Made by a program: the position numbers and the translations under genes. 46,695 nucleotides of DNA from a virus (Duplodnaviria; Caudoviricetes): positions 1 through 46,695 of IMG/VR virus record IMGVR_UViG_3300030376_004936; one strand, written 5' to 3'. The notes beneath the pieces were generated by a model, which saw only the letters and a list, made by a program, of their open reading frames with translations, did no database searches and had not been told where the DNA came from. Positions within the stretch are counted from its first letter, which is position 1; the number at the start of each line of letters is the position of its first letter. Shown here in pieces: positions 1 through 11,900 of the stretch.

Positions 1-708
1 GAAAAACTCGTCGTTTGAGGTAGCGATAAGTACGGAATCTCCACCACTAACATCGTACCAATTCTGGTCGATATAAAACCCTTGTATCCAAGGTACCGAA
101 GCATATCCAAAGTCCTCCGCTAGATCTTGAAAAGTGTTTTCTCCTGGTACCCAAAAATCATCTATTGGTGTAACACCGTATACCGGGTGTATTCTACCCA
201 CAGCCCCAATAGTGAAATCCCAATTTCCTTTAGTTAATCTAAATCTAGTATCAAACGATCCAAATTTTAAATTGACTCTTTGATTGTCCGTGTATTGTAA
301 TTTAGTAACACAACTATTACCTAAATACCTTAGCCACAGGTTTTGATTGTTGAACTTTTCACCACGTTCACGAACAAAAGAATAGTTAAGTAAGTATTCC
401 CAACCAATAGCGTTACCTATTGTTACGTTATCACTTACTCCATCTTCAGTTCCGTAATACCACGTTTTGACTTTATATTCGTAATCCATACGAGCAATTT
501 TTCTCAACCCTATAGTTAAGTTGTAATCATATGGATTAATTTCTGTTACGTTATCATAGCCTTTATTTATAGCTATATAATCTTCTCTTTCTGTAAAAGA
601 AGTACCCATTGTCATCGATGTGTAGAATGTTGAGTACTTGAAGAAGTCTTTTATTTGACCAGTACAGATAGTACTGATTGTTAATAATAATATAATTAAT
701 TTTTTCAT
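1..708 (-). CDS. Secreted or outer-membrane protein with signal peptide (partial, runs off left edge; not in ORF track)
   Basis: Translated by hand: MKKLIILLLTISTICTGQIKDFFKYSTFY...WYDVSGGDSVLIATSNDEFF, 236 codons with no stop. ATG at 708 overlaps the upstream TGA (ATGA). Sec-type signal peptide followed by aromatic-rich, beta-strand-like sequence. Confidence 0.8.
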   Translation of the reverse strand, partial: MKKLIILLLTISTICTGQIKDFFKYSTFYTSMTMGTSFTEREDYIAINKGYDNVTEINPYDYNLTIGLRKIARMDYEYKVKTWYYGTEDGVSDNVTIGNAIGWEYLLNYSFVRERGEKFNNQNLWLRYLGNSCVTKLQYTDNQRVNLKFGSFDTRFRLTKGNWDFTIGAVGRIHPVYGVTPIDDFWVPGENTFQDLAEDFGYASVPWIQGFYIDQNWYDVSGGDSVLIATSNDEFF

Positions 709-836
709 CTCCCTTGTTTATTATATACTTTCTTGTAATTGTTACTACCTTTATTTTTTGATGTCTTAGATTTAGCGTGCACACCTCTTTTTACACGTTT
801 CTTTTCCATAAATATAAACGAAGATCTCTTAGCCAT
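705..836 (-). CDS. Small basic hypothetical protein, 43 aa (not in ORF track)
   Basis: MAKRSSFIFMEKKRVKRGVHAKSKTSKNKGSNNYKKVYNKQGR. Coupled at both ends (TGATG with the upstream gene, ATGA with the downstream gene). Confidence 0.75.
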   Translation of the reverse strand: MAKRSSFIFMEKKRVKRGVHAKSKTSKNKGSNNYKKVYNKQGR

Positions 837-1333
837 CACACAGTCTTATATGTTATTATTACCTCCTCTCCGCAGTCAATAGCTTCTGCTATAGCTGGGT
901 ATATTCTTTTATAAGCTTGAGTCGATTTACCTATAAAACCGTCCTTCGTGATTTGGTTGTTTTCTTGGGAGTCGCCAACGAGGAGACAACCAGCTGTATG
1001 CTCATCGGTATTACCACAATGTATAAGAATATACTCAAAACCAGGCACATTAGTAACGTGAAGCATCCCAATATGAATGTCTGGAAAACGCTTACTATAT
1101 TTCTGATGATATCCCCCTTCTTTTCTAAGTTGTAACTTGTAAGTTCCGTTAGGTATTCTTGTCTCGCCATATATTTTTTTATTTCGTTGTTCATCTTCTA
1201 GTGTGTATGCTAAAAATTTTCTTTTACATCTAAAACCCTCACCATGAGGATTTGGAGCTAAGCGATCTAGCTCTAATAATATCCCGTTAGTACTATCCGT
1301 ACCACCACTTATTCTAATTACTTCTAGTTCCAT
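836..1333 (-). CDS. DUF5675-like protein, putative endolysin / L,D-transpeptidase-like
   Basis: Motifs YTLED, GETRIPNGTY and ILIHCGNTDEHTAGCLLVG (His...Cys catalytic-like pair) are typical of this Bacteroidota phage family as recalled; the lytic role is inferred. Confidence 0.7.
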   Translation of the reverse strand: MELEVIRISGGTDSTNGILLELDRLAPNPHGEGFRCKRKFLAYTLEDEQRNKKIYGETRIPNGTYKLQLRKEGGYHQKYSKRFPDIHIGMLHVTNVPGFEYILIHCGNTDEHTAGCLLVGDSQENNQITKDGFIGKSTQAYKRIYPAIAEAIDCGEEVIITYKTV

Positions 1334-1334
1334 A

Positions 1335-1631
1335 TTACTTTATCATTACAGTTAAATCTGGAGATGTACCTGAGTTTATTAGTTTTAAACTATATTTCAC
1401 ATAATCAAAAGCTAAACAATCGCTGAAAACCATAGATGTATAAGGTGGTATTTTATGTGCTTTGAAAAAATAATAGTCTACACTAGGAGACACGCCAGAT
1501 AAATATAAACTAACAACAGCAGGGTTAGCGGAGTTGTTTGATATAAACACTCTTGATATCTTACCACCTGTTTGACCCCCAGCTGCAATAAGATCGTGTG
1601 GACCAGCCGCATTGTAATTTTTATATTCCAT
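1335..1631 (-). CDS. Hypothetical small beta-rich protein (possibly structural)
   Basis: 98-aa ORF tightly packed between neighbours; beta-strand-like pattern. Confidence 0.65.
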   Translation of the reverse strand: MEYKNYNAAGPHDLIAAGGQTGGKISRVFISNNSANPAVVSLYLSGVSPSVDYYFFKAHKIPPYTSMVFSDCLAFDYVKYSLKLINSGTSPDLTVMIK

Positions 1632-1633
1632 AA

Positions 1634-2689
1634 TTAAGCGTTTTCTAATAAAAGCGTTGCACCATAAATAACATCGTTAGATGAAGCTGGAGCAACCTCA
1701 AGTATCATATCATTTGTTTCTCCATGAACTATGTCAGTCATGTTGTAGTATGAGTTTATATCAAACTCGTAGTTTGTTCCAGCGCTTCTTTGCCCTGTTT
1801 GGTAGTTGTAAGAATAAACTCTACAAGCATTAGCCGTGCTAGCACTTCCATAAACAGTTATCCCATAAACTTTTCTACCATGAGGTACTTTAAAAAAAGC
1901 AAACAACTCAGAGTTTGTGTTCGATATCTTAGCTCCCATAGTAGACAAGTCATCATCAAACACAACAAAAGCGTTTGTTGCTCCACCATCCGCAGCATCA
2001 TCGTTAACCATAAATTCATTAGGAAGTATTTTAGCAGTAATATAGGTATAACAATTGCTTGGTGTAGCTAACCATGAATTACCTCTTGATGATAAGTATA
2101 CTTCTCCTCTAGCATCTAATGTTATATGAGCATCAATAGTGTGTATAGCACCAGCATCACTCGCGAAACCCTTGTATGTTTTTAAAGTCAAATGACCATT
2201 ATCGCCAGCATCAATGGTTGCACCGTAAGCGGTGTTGTTTTTAGATATAAGTCTTATATCACTACTAGTCGCACCCCCATCACCACAGCCATGAATATAA
2301 AGAGGTTGTAAATTACTCACAGACGTCGCTGTGCCTTGATTCATGTCTATGTTTACTCCTATTGCTTGCTCACTACCGTTAACTTCAACTTCTAAGCCTT
2401 GCGCGATCTTTATACCATCAACATCCACATCAGTGACTTTTATTATAGCACCTTTTATAAATGATACACCACCCGCGTTCATATTCGTAGAAGAGTCTTT
2501 TACATCAACTAGCAAACCAGTGCCAGTATAAACTTCTCCAGCACCCAAATCTTTTGTTTGTTGTAGGTCTACTTTTAGAGCTGCGCTAGCCGCTTCAGAG
2601 TTAGGTACTCCATGTTCATGTCGTTCAACTAGAACTCTGTTTCTAAATATAGAAAATAAATCCTGTATGTAGTTACCTATCCACTTCAT
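1634..2689 (-). CDS. Putative tail fibre/spike-related structural protein
   Basis: 351 aa, G/S/T/N/D-rich beta-type composition, HITLDARG segment; function inferred from composition and position. Confidence 0.5.
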   Translation of the reverse strand: MKWIGNYIQDLFSIFRNRVLVERHEHGVPNSEAASAALKVDLQQTKDLGAGEVYTGTGLLVDVKDSSTNMNAGGVSFIKGAIIKVTDVDVDGIKIAQGLEVEVNGSEQAIGVNIDMNQGTATSVSNLQPLYIHGCGDGGATSSDIRLISKNNTAYGATIDAGDNGHLTLKTYKGFASDAGAIHTIDAHITLDARGEVYLSSRGNSWLATPSNCYTYITAKILPNEFMVNDDAADGGATNAFVVFDDDLSTMGAKISNTNSELFAFFKVPHGRKVYGITVYGSASTANACRVYSYNYQTGQRSAGTNYEFDINSYYNMTDIVHGETNDMILEVAPASSNDVIYGATLLLENA

Positions 2690-2766
2690 TTTTTTCTTTT
2701 ACATAATTTTATTATTCCCGCTGCTGTAAAAACCACTACAGCTGTGCAGATTGGACAAGGACACAT
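2686..2766 (-). CDS. Cys-rich 26-aa hydrophobic micro-protein (not in ORF track)
   Basis: MCPCPICTAVVVFTAAGIIKLCKRKK. Fills the gap exactly, with TAATG and ATGA overlaps. Confidence 0.6.
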   Translation of the reverse strand: MCPCPICTAVVVFTAAGIIKLCKRKK

Positions 2767-2945
2767 TATATCTCAAATCCAAAGTTTAAAATCATAAATC
2801 TAAATCTTGCACATTTACCTTTATTCTCACATTTCCAACAAGGACAAAACATCAACTCAAATACTGTTAAAGTACTTATTCTTAATGCTATTTCGTATCT
2901 ATCTTTTTTGTTACCTGCTTTCCAGGAATTAATCCAATTTATCAT
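2766..2945 (-). CDS. 59-aa hypothetical protein with Cys cluster (not in ORF track)
   Basis: MINWINSWKAGNKKDRYEIALRISTLTVFELMFCPCWKCENKGKCARFRFMILNFGFEI. Starts 15 nt downstream of the promoter-like motif. Confidence 0.7.
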   Translation of the reverse strand: MINWINSWKAGNKKDRYEIALRISTLTVFELMFCPCWKCENKGKCARFRFMILNFGFEI

Positions 2946-2960
2946 ATTTTAAATATTTTG

Positions 2961-2979
2961 TTACTATATTATTATTACA
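2961..2979 (-). promoter_or_regulatory. Putative phage promoter, TGTAA-N8-TAGTAA
   Basis: Minus strand TGTAATAATAATATAGTAA; intergenic; same pattern at 17288 and 29943. Confidence 0.6.
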
Positions 2980-2982
2980 CGT

Positions 2983-5900
2983 TTATTGGTGAGCATAACA
3001 TTTCTTATTTTTATTTTCAGTCTTGTTCTTGCATCTTTTACCAGAAGAAGTTGTAGCTGTACATCTATATTCTTTAATCCCATCACCATCTCTATCCATG
3101 CCATCAGTGAAATCCATGTGATGTTGACACTTCCAAGTTTTCTCCTTTATATATGGGGACATAATTGAACATCGCTCACCATTCGATCTGATACCAGAGC
3201 ATCTAATCTTTTTTAAACCAGCATCTAATTTTTCTTGCTTTTCAATTTCTTTTTGTTCTATTCGCTCTTGTTTTCTAATTTCCTTTTGTTCAATTTTAGC
3301 TGCATCTTTAGCTTCTTCTAGTTCTTCATCTTTAACACCAATATCCCATCTATTCCAACCAGACACTAAAGCAACACGCTGCCAAAGATCATGATTACCT
3401 GTTATAGCTTCTTCAAGATTATTCATTTTGTTGAGAGTTCTAGCTAAAGGTATATTAGTCACAGATTCCACCGCGTTAGCCGCTATATGAAACGTTGGAT
3501 TCTCTAATCTAAAACCAAGTTGTTTTCCAACACCTCTATTCCAATCATATGTTTTATATGCTCCAATTAATTTTCTAAGTTTACTACCCATAGGTGGAGA
3601 CAAACTCACAGCTTCAACAGCTATCTGACTGTAATCTTTTTTACCGTAAGGTTTATCTAATTGCTCCTTTCCTTTAATTAAAACGTTTTTTAAGGTTGCG
3701 ATTGCCGCACCGTAGATACCGGTACCTCGAAGTAAGGTATCTAAAGCACCATTGATAACTCTATGTGTTTGTCTAGCTTTTCTTTTATCTAATTCCTCTT
3801 CATCTTCACCTCCAAATAAAGCAAACATTAATCCAGATTGTAATGCACCAAACAATAAGTTCTGCATCGTACCATAATAAATTATTTTTGATATGTTTGT
3901 CTTAACATCTCCTCTACCTTTAGCTAAGTCTTGTACCGCTTTCCACATTAATCTAGTCATCTGCATTGGAGTATTTTGCCAAGCTAAAACTAAACGACCA
4001 AGTGGCCCTGCTTGTTGTTGTGATATTAAATCAGGTCTAGAGGACTGCTGTGTTTCTTCAGCGATCTCTTGAAAGTCTAACCAAGCTTGATCTTGAGCCT
4101 GTTGTTGTGTCATACCTTCTTTTATGTACTTATTAACTCTATTTCTATACATTGAAGCTCCTCCAAAAGCAATAGCAAAACTATCAGCAATACGAGTTGG
4201 TGTAAAACCTTTTTCTAATAACCATGCTATAACAGCTTGAGGTTTACCTCTGCTTTGTTTAAAGGCTTGGGTTAACTCAGAAGCTGATACATCTATTTGC
4301 AAACCAGATCTCCTCTGCTTTAGCATATCTGAATTAAATATCATTGCAAAGTCCTTACAGAATTGTGGTAGATTAGCAAATGCTGCAGCAGCTTTAAAAG
4401 GATTATTATCACTCCAATTTATAAAGTTAACCATTGATATCGTTTGTAGAGTTGCAGATCTAGTGTTCCAGAACATCGTTGCTCCAACAGAACCGTTAAT
4501 CCAATCATACCACATGTTGACATCAGCGTCAGTGCTGGTCATTCTATTTCTTCCAGTCTCCATTCTTTGCAGCATATTCTTTAGTGCGTCCACAAATCTT
4601 TTACCATATATAGCTTCTATTTTGTTTAGGTTTTCTGGAGACATTATTATATCCTTGTTACGAACCCAATCTGATAACATATCTGTTCTGTGAGTTTCGT
4701 TTACCATTTTATTAAGATCAGCACCTATACTTTCAACTCCCCAATAATCAGTTGGAGTTGCATAGCCATCACTAGCTCTAGATATAACACCGAGTCCCTC
4801 AGCGAAAGCCATTAGTTCTTGTGAGTTTTTAACGTGTTGAATTAATTTTCTTTTATGCTCCATTGATATACCTGGTATGTCAATATCATTTTTATTCCAC
4901 AGGTAAACTCTTATAGCGTGGTCAACACTATACGGTGTTCCACTTACGGTGTCTTTTAAAGAAGACGCTACGTCTGGAAACTTCTTTCGTAGCTCAGCAA
5001 ACTCTTCAACCATTCTTTGTTTTAGTGTATTCCAGTTTCTAATACCTTTTGCAAAGGGGTCAAATAAATGTTTTTTAAAGAATTTTAAATCAGCATCACC
5101 TTGTTTACCTTTACCCAAGAAGGAATATACTAGTCCTTTAAAATCCTCCGCCGAAGCAGGAACCACCCAACGACCAAATCTTTTTCTTCCATCTATTCTA
5201 GCCTGTTGAGGTGATATAACTATGTTAGCACCAATTCCAGATTTTCTTTCTAGCATTTTATTGAACTCCACGTTAATAGGATCTTTTCCAGAATCTTCAA
5301 CTCTACTCATCATGGCATCACTATCTGTTTTAACTATCTTACCAACCTCTCCAAGTTTAGCTTGAACTGAGCTACCCTTAATATCTAGTTGATCTATAAC
5401 TTCTTTAACAGCTTCAACATTTGGCAAGGCGTCATCTACGAAATACATGTCGTTATATCCTTCCGCAAACTTATCCATCATCCATTGAGCTTTAGCAGTA
5501 CCAGTGCTATTAGCTAGTCCAGTTATGTTTTCTAAAGGTATGTTAATACCCTTTGATTTTAACCAACCATGTATAGCAACAGCAGCCTCTTGAGGTCTAG
5601 CTGTTAAAACAAAATTATTTTTAGGACCAAACTTTTTTATTCTATTAACTAGCTTTTGAAACAAAGGTCCCTCAACTCCACCTCTTACATTTACGAAATC
5701 ATCAAAGTTAAAGGTATACCCTTGTTCAGCTAGTGCTGGTCCTTGTATAGGCCAGTTGCCAGAACTAATTTTTATTTCTTTACCAGTATTAGGATTGGTT
5801 GCTATAACAAAATTCTTACCATCAATAATTAATGTTTCGTCGAAATCAAATGTAGACATACCTCGTATATCTGGATTTTTACTTAACATGTTATCTTGAT

Positions 5901-8900
5901 TGATTTTTATTTTATTAACAGTGCCCGCATTATTGGGTTTAATTTTTAAGTCAATAATTTTCTTAACTAAATCTTTAGCCTTTTTGCTATCAGATTCTAA
6001 ATTAGTATCTTTAGTAGGCTTTATACTTTCAAAAGAAGATAAATCTCTTATATCAAATTCTCCATCAACAACCCCTTTAGCAAATTGAAATATAGTATCT
6101 ATATTTGTTGCTCTAATACCGTCAATAGGTAGTTTAGTTTTATATCCAGCTCTGTCTTGAGATTTATCCCATGATTTAGATATAACAAAAACTTCATAGT
6201 TTTTAAACACTTCGTCTATTTTTAGCTCCCCGTGTTTATTGTATGAATCTATTATTCTATTGTTAATAACAGCTTTAGAAACTGAGTGTTCATACTGTGT
6301 TGATTGCCCAGGTTTTATTCCCTTCTTTTCACCTCTAGCTATAACATCTTTTATGTTACTTTGTATAGCTGTTGCTGGTGCGGATTTTCTAAGTGGAGAA
6401 TCCATACTAGAACCTAAGTTCATTAACAGGGCTCCAAAATCTTTTTTACTATAACTATCCCTGGGGTCTTTAACTCTTTTCCAAGCTCTATCTAGTATTC
6501 TTTTAGAAACCTCTCTAGCTCTTTTAGATTGTTGTTCTCTGGTTTTACCATCTCTATCTTTTAAAACAGCCTCAGTGTTTTCAGCTAATAAAGTTATCTT
6601 AACTTCTTTCCATTTACCGTTTTCCCATACCTCAACAATTCCTTTCTTTTTAGTATCTCTAATCCATTTGTTTGTTTTAGGATCTTTTGGAACAGCAGCG
6701 TTATTGAATAGAGCAAAGTTATCTTCAACATCTTTAATTGGTTTATACCTATTATCCGGTCTGTTTTCTGCTTTAGCGTTTTTATTTATTTTAACTTTAA
6801 CACTACCAGGTTTACTTGGCACGTGCTCATTTCCCCCTAACTTACCAGAACCCACAAAACCTTTACTAGCGTAACCTAACATGTCTAATGCTATATCAGA
6901 TGGTTTCATTTTTACTTTAAAATCCTCCTCTATATTTGTAACGATATTTTCTCTAGCTTTTTCTAAACCCTTTTTATCTTTAAATACGTTACCAGGATTC
7001 TCTTTTAAATCTAAAGATCTTTTTATATTCAAATCGTTTCTTTGATCAGCATCCATAAACCAATCATTAACCAAAGACTCCTTAAGTGTTAAATTATATG
7101 TATCACCAAAAAACTCAGCTTTGTCATACCAGTTTTGGAATTGACTCTCAAGTTTGTTAGCCATCTTCTTAATCATGTTTTTACTAAGATCTCCTTCGTA
7201 AACTTCATTTATTATATTGGTCCAGGTTTCTTTTGTTAATGGAGCTTGACCGTGTCTCTCTGCAACTCTGTCTATAACTTGGTCCCACTTATTTGATATA
7301 GTGATATTTGTGTTTGAGTTCTTACTAAATGAAGCTTCTGATTTACCATCTCCAATTTTAGCTATAACAGAGTCTGTAACATCTCCTTTTGTGTAGTTGT
7401 ATTCTCTTATACTCTGATTAGCTTGCAGCACAGCTAGTTGTTGTACCAACTCTCTTATAGCACCATCAGCATCTGTACCAGGTTTTTTACTACCATCTGG
7501 ATTTATACCAAACTTATCTAAGAACTCGTCTCTAGTTACATCGGTTCTTTTTTCTTGAGCATACTTATTGCCTAGTTTAGAATCAGCACCCTCAGCACTT
7601 TTAACTCTATCTCCTTTTGTATAAAAATCACCTAACTTTGTATTCGCTATACCAGTTGCTCTACCACTTCTATCTTGACCTTCTGGTAGTAACTCAAACA
7701 ATTGTTTATTAAAACTACCATCTTCATTTGTTGATAAATCAAATATTAGGTTTTGAGCAGATGATCTTTGAGTTCCATCTAAATCTTGTGTTGATAATAT
7801 TCTAAGTGGATCAATACCAAACTCGGCTGATACAGCGTTTAATACTTCAAACAGTGGACCGATTGGTTCTGTTTTCTTTTCCGATGTAGGTCTAAATAAT
7901 TTTACTTCGCCCTTGTTCTTTCCTGTTTTGTGAACCTGAGGTTTACCAGTCTTGGGATCGATCTTAGTAAACATTGTAACATCATTTAAGAGCTTTCTAA
8001 CGGCTTTATAGTTTGCAACATCTAAACCTAAGTCTGTATTTGCGATAATGTCTCTAATAGCTTCTTTTGAATTATTATCAAGTTCTAATACATCCTGAAC
8101 CTTAAGCTCACTGACAAGTTGTTTCATCTCCTGTTTTCTACCAAACGATAAATCCATATTATCAATAGCGGTCATCGCTGCATCTGTCTCACCGCCAAGA
8201 ACATCTCGCAGTGTCATACTACCCTCTTCGGTTCCTATTTGCTTATCTAATGATGGACCTCCAAAACCAGGCTTATCCTTTATGTATTGTTTTTTAACTT
8301 CTTCTTTCGCCCAATGTACAGCCTTGTATGTACCGGCTAACCAACCAAATAAACTAACTTTACCATCTCCAACAGCATCATAATCAAATTCAGCTAAATA
8401 GTTATCTTTATTGTTTTTAATAGCCTCTATTTGTTTTATACCCTCTTGTATTGAAATTTCTTTTTTCTTTATCTTCTCTTCAATTTCATCAATCTTGTCG
8501 GATGACTTTTTGTTTAATCCTCCTTGGAACCTTCTAGCTAACTCTTGCTTTACGTTTTGAATGAACTCTCTCATGGCGGTTGGTTGAACTCCAGAGTCTG
8601 TTGCTCCTTGCATTATCAAACCATCTAATGCTCTACCTTCTAATATATGCAGTAAAGCATTTTGGTAGTCTGGAGAAAGTTTAAACTCTTCATGATTTCT
8701 ATACTTAGGTGTACCATCACTATTTTTCACAAACTGATCAAACTCATCAATTAAGTCTGGATTACTTTTTAAATTTAAATCAACAGCTCTAGAAAAAGAG
8801 GCTTCACTCTGTCTTTGTTTTTTAGACCTAGCATCCTTAAACATTTTACCATTAGCACCTTTAACTAACATTTTAGCTATAGCTTTGTTCGGTTTATTTT

Positions 8901-11900
8901 TATTAACAGAATGATGATAATCTCTCATGAAGTTTTTAACATCTTCAGTTGTGTTAAATTCAATATCTCCCTTTAAGTAGTTTTGAGAAAATCTTCTAAA
9001 TACATTTTTTAACTTCTGCAACAAGCTATCGTTAAATTTTATATCACCATCAGCCATCATCTCAGAGGCTATAGCCATAACCTCTTCCCAAGCGGAATTG
9101 GTTAGATTACCTTGTGAATCATAATTTGAATAAGTAGATATTCTCTTATTAAATCTATCTAAAGCACCTGGAGCAAATTCAACACTTGGGTCTTGTAGTA
9201 TGTTTTGAACTTGTTCACCTAATATTTTTCTAGCAAGTGGATCAGCCTTAAGAGTATTGTAGAATGTAGCGTGTATAAACTCGTGAGCCGCAGTACTAAA
9301 CATACCATCTTTTATAGCAGCATCTTTATTAACTACAACATCTAAACCTTCTATGTTACCCTTATCGTTAAATTTTGGTATCATTATACCATAATCTAAA
9401 TTTGAATTTAATATACTATCAGCCATTAAAACTTGACCCTCCGCTTCATTTAACATTTCTTGTGCGTCGGCAATCTCTTGTTCGGTAGATGATTTATCGC
9501 TTATAATAGATTTTAGTCCTTCAATTAAACCTTTGTTTTGAATAGAAACCTCATCTATTTGTTCGAGTGACATGCTGGATCCGTCTTCATTTTTTGCTTG
9601 TGATTTAGAAACAATATCAGCGAACTCATCTCCTCTAACTTCTCTAGTTCTCATTTTAACACCTCCCATCTTGTTAATCATTTCTTGCATTGAGTTCATC
9701 CAGAGACTCTGTCTTTCATAGTTTTTGTTAACAACGTTAGGTGGGTACCTATCTATTATCTGTTGCTTACGTTTTAATCTGGTATCTACACTTGATTGAA
9801 TCTCTTTTATTCTATCCGCTTTTTCTTTTTCAGTCAACTTATCGTTAGCGTTTATAGCTTCTACTTCTTTTCTTGACTCGTAGTTTAACTTTTCAATATT
9901 CAAAAGAGCTTTCTTTTCTGATGGGTGTAATAGGTCAACTCTCTTTATATCCTCTTGAAGTATACTATTACTCTGTTTAACTAGGTACTCATACTCTTCT
10001 TGAAGTTTCTTCATCTTTCTAGCTTTAGCTGCTGAGCCATAACTATGATTACCCTCTAGTTCGCTTATAGAGTCTAGTACTTTTTTAACCTTTAATGACA
10101 ACTCTCCTAACTTTTGATTCGTGTCTTTAGACGTAAACGGTTTTGTTAACTGAGGTAGTAATCTTACACCTTGAATACCACCACTTATAAAAGCACCACT
10201 AACAAAAGACTCCTCAACCCCATCCCATATGCTAACATCTTCCTTTCCACTATACATGTCAGCTAGGTTACCAGCTACAGCAGATAGAGACTCAGAAAAA
10301 CCTTCTTCAAACATTTCAATGGACGCGTTTCTAGCATTGTCAAATGTCCATATGTTTTTCCTCAAAGACTTTTCAACACCTCTAATTGTGGATTTACCTG
10401 ACCTGAAAGCATTTCTAGTTTTCTTAAGAGCATTGAATGTTACTTTTTCAGAAAGCGATTCAGCGGCACCAGTTATAGTGGCATTAGCTGCCATTGTCCA
10501 GAAGTCATAATCATGACCATACAAACCACCTGATGACTCGTACAGCGCGTCTTCATCTTCTAGCTGCCTCATTTTAGCTCCACCTGAAGATGCACCCATA
10601 AGAGCTAAACCAGCTGGACCCGTGTAAGCTAACATAACTAGGTTTGGTATTTGAGATGAGAATAAATTAGCACCCCATTCCGCCCAATCAGCTGCACTGT
10701 CGATTTCATCGTAATCTATATCCTTTCTTGACTTGTCTATTATTTGTGTCTGCTGCCATCTGTCTATATTTTTATCAGCTCTATCCCACAGACTTTCTTT
10801 TTTACCAGTTATTTCATTAGTGTAATGCTCTCCAAAAACAGGTTTAGCCAAGTTAAGAACTGGAGAAGCTATATTCATTACTCCACGCATAAAGCCTTGC
10901 ATCCAAGGTGATTCTATATTTTTTAAAACTTCTTCTGGCATTTGAAACAAGGTGTCAGCGTATTTGATAATGTTCTGACCTATGTCAATTCCTGCTTCTA
11001 GTATTATACCAGAGAAAAAGTTGGTTATGACGCCAGGGTTTCTACCAACAGCTTTTGTGAAAACACCTAGCTCTTCAGACTCAATCTCTAGTTGTCCTAG
11101 TTTTTCAAATATATTTTTTCTAACACCGTAATACTCAGTTCCCTTTTTCTGATAAGCTTCTAACTCGTGAGCTTTATCTGTGTATTCACGTTGAAGTTTT
11201 ATTAGCTTTTTTTGAATTTCATTTAATTTTAAAGGATCTGTTTCTTTTTTACCTTGCTCTTGTAAATTTTTAATTTCATTTACTATATCATTACCTCTGT
11301 TATCAAACCAAGGTTTTAACTCTTCTATCTTTCCAGTTATAATATCTAGGTCTTTATCTAAAACTTCTAGTTTAAGTATTTCGTCTTGTGTTTCTTTTTT
11401 TAATTTTACAGTTCTGTCTTTAGCCTCTTTCTCGAAATGCTTCTGCTTATAAGTCTTACTAAATAAAGTAGTATCGTTTATTTTGTCAATAACCTTGTCT
11501 TCTAGTAAATCAACCTTCCCTGCATAAGTAAACTGTTCAACCAACCATTTCTCTCTTTCCTCCATCATTCCTGAGTTAGATCCTTCTTCTACTTCACCTT
11601 GAACAACACCCAATAACTCCTTATATCTATCCGATGTTTTTATTTGGTATTCTAATTTTTCGTCTATTTGATCAGGATCAATATCAGGGTTTTCTTCTAA
11701 GTATCTTTTTAACACCTCGCCGTGTGTCCACGCGGACTGTAGGTTTTCTAACCTCTTCCCCTCCTCACTCTGTTCTGCTTTTTTATTTGGGTTTAAACCA
11801 ATTATAAACTCATCAGTAAGTTCTTCTTCCCTGTACATTGCTAGAGCCGGGTGCTTTGTACCATTCATGAGTTTATAGTTCTTAACCTGTTCTAGCCACA

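Noticed and set aside
563-784. 73-aa minus-strand ORF in the track
   Set aside because: It overlaps, out of frame, two better-supported coupled ORFs (705-836 and 1-708).
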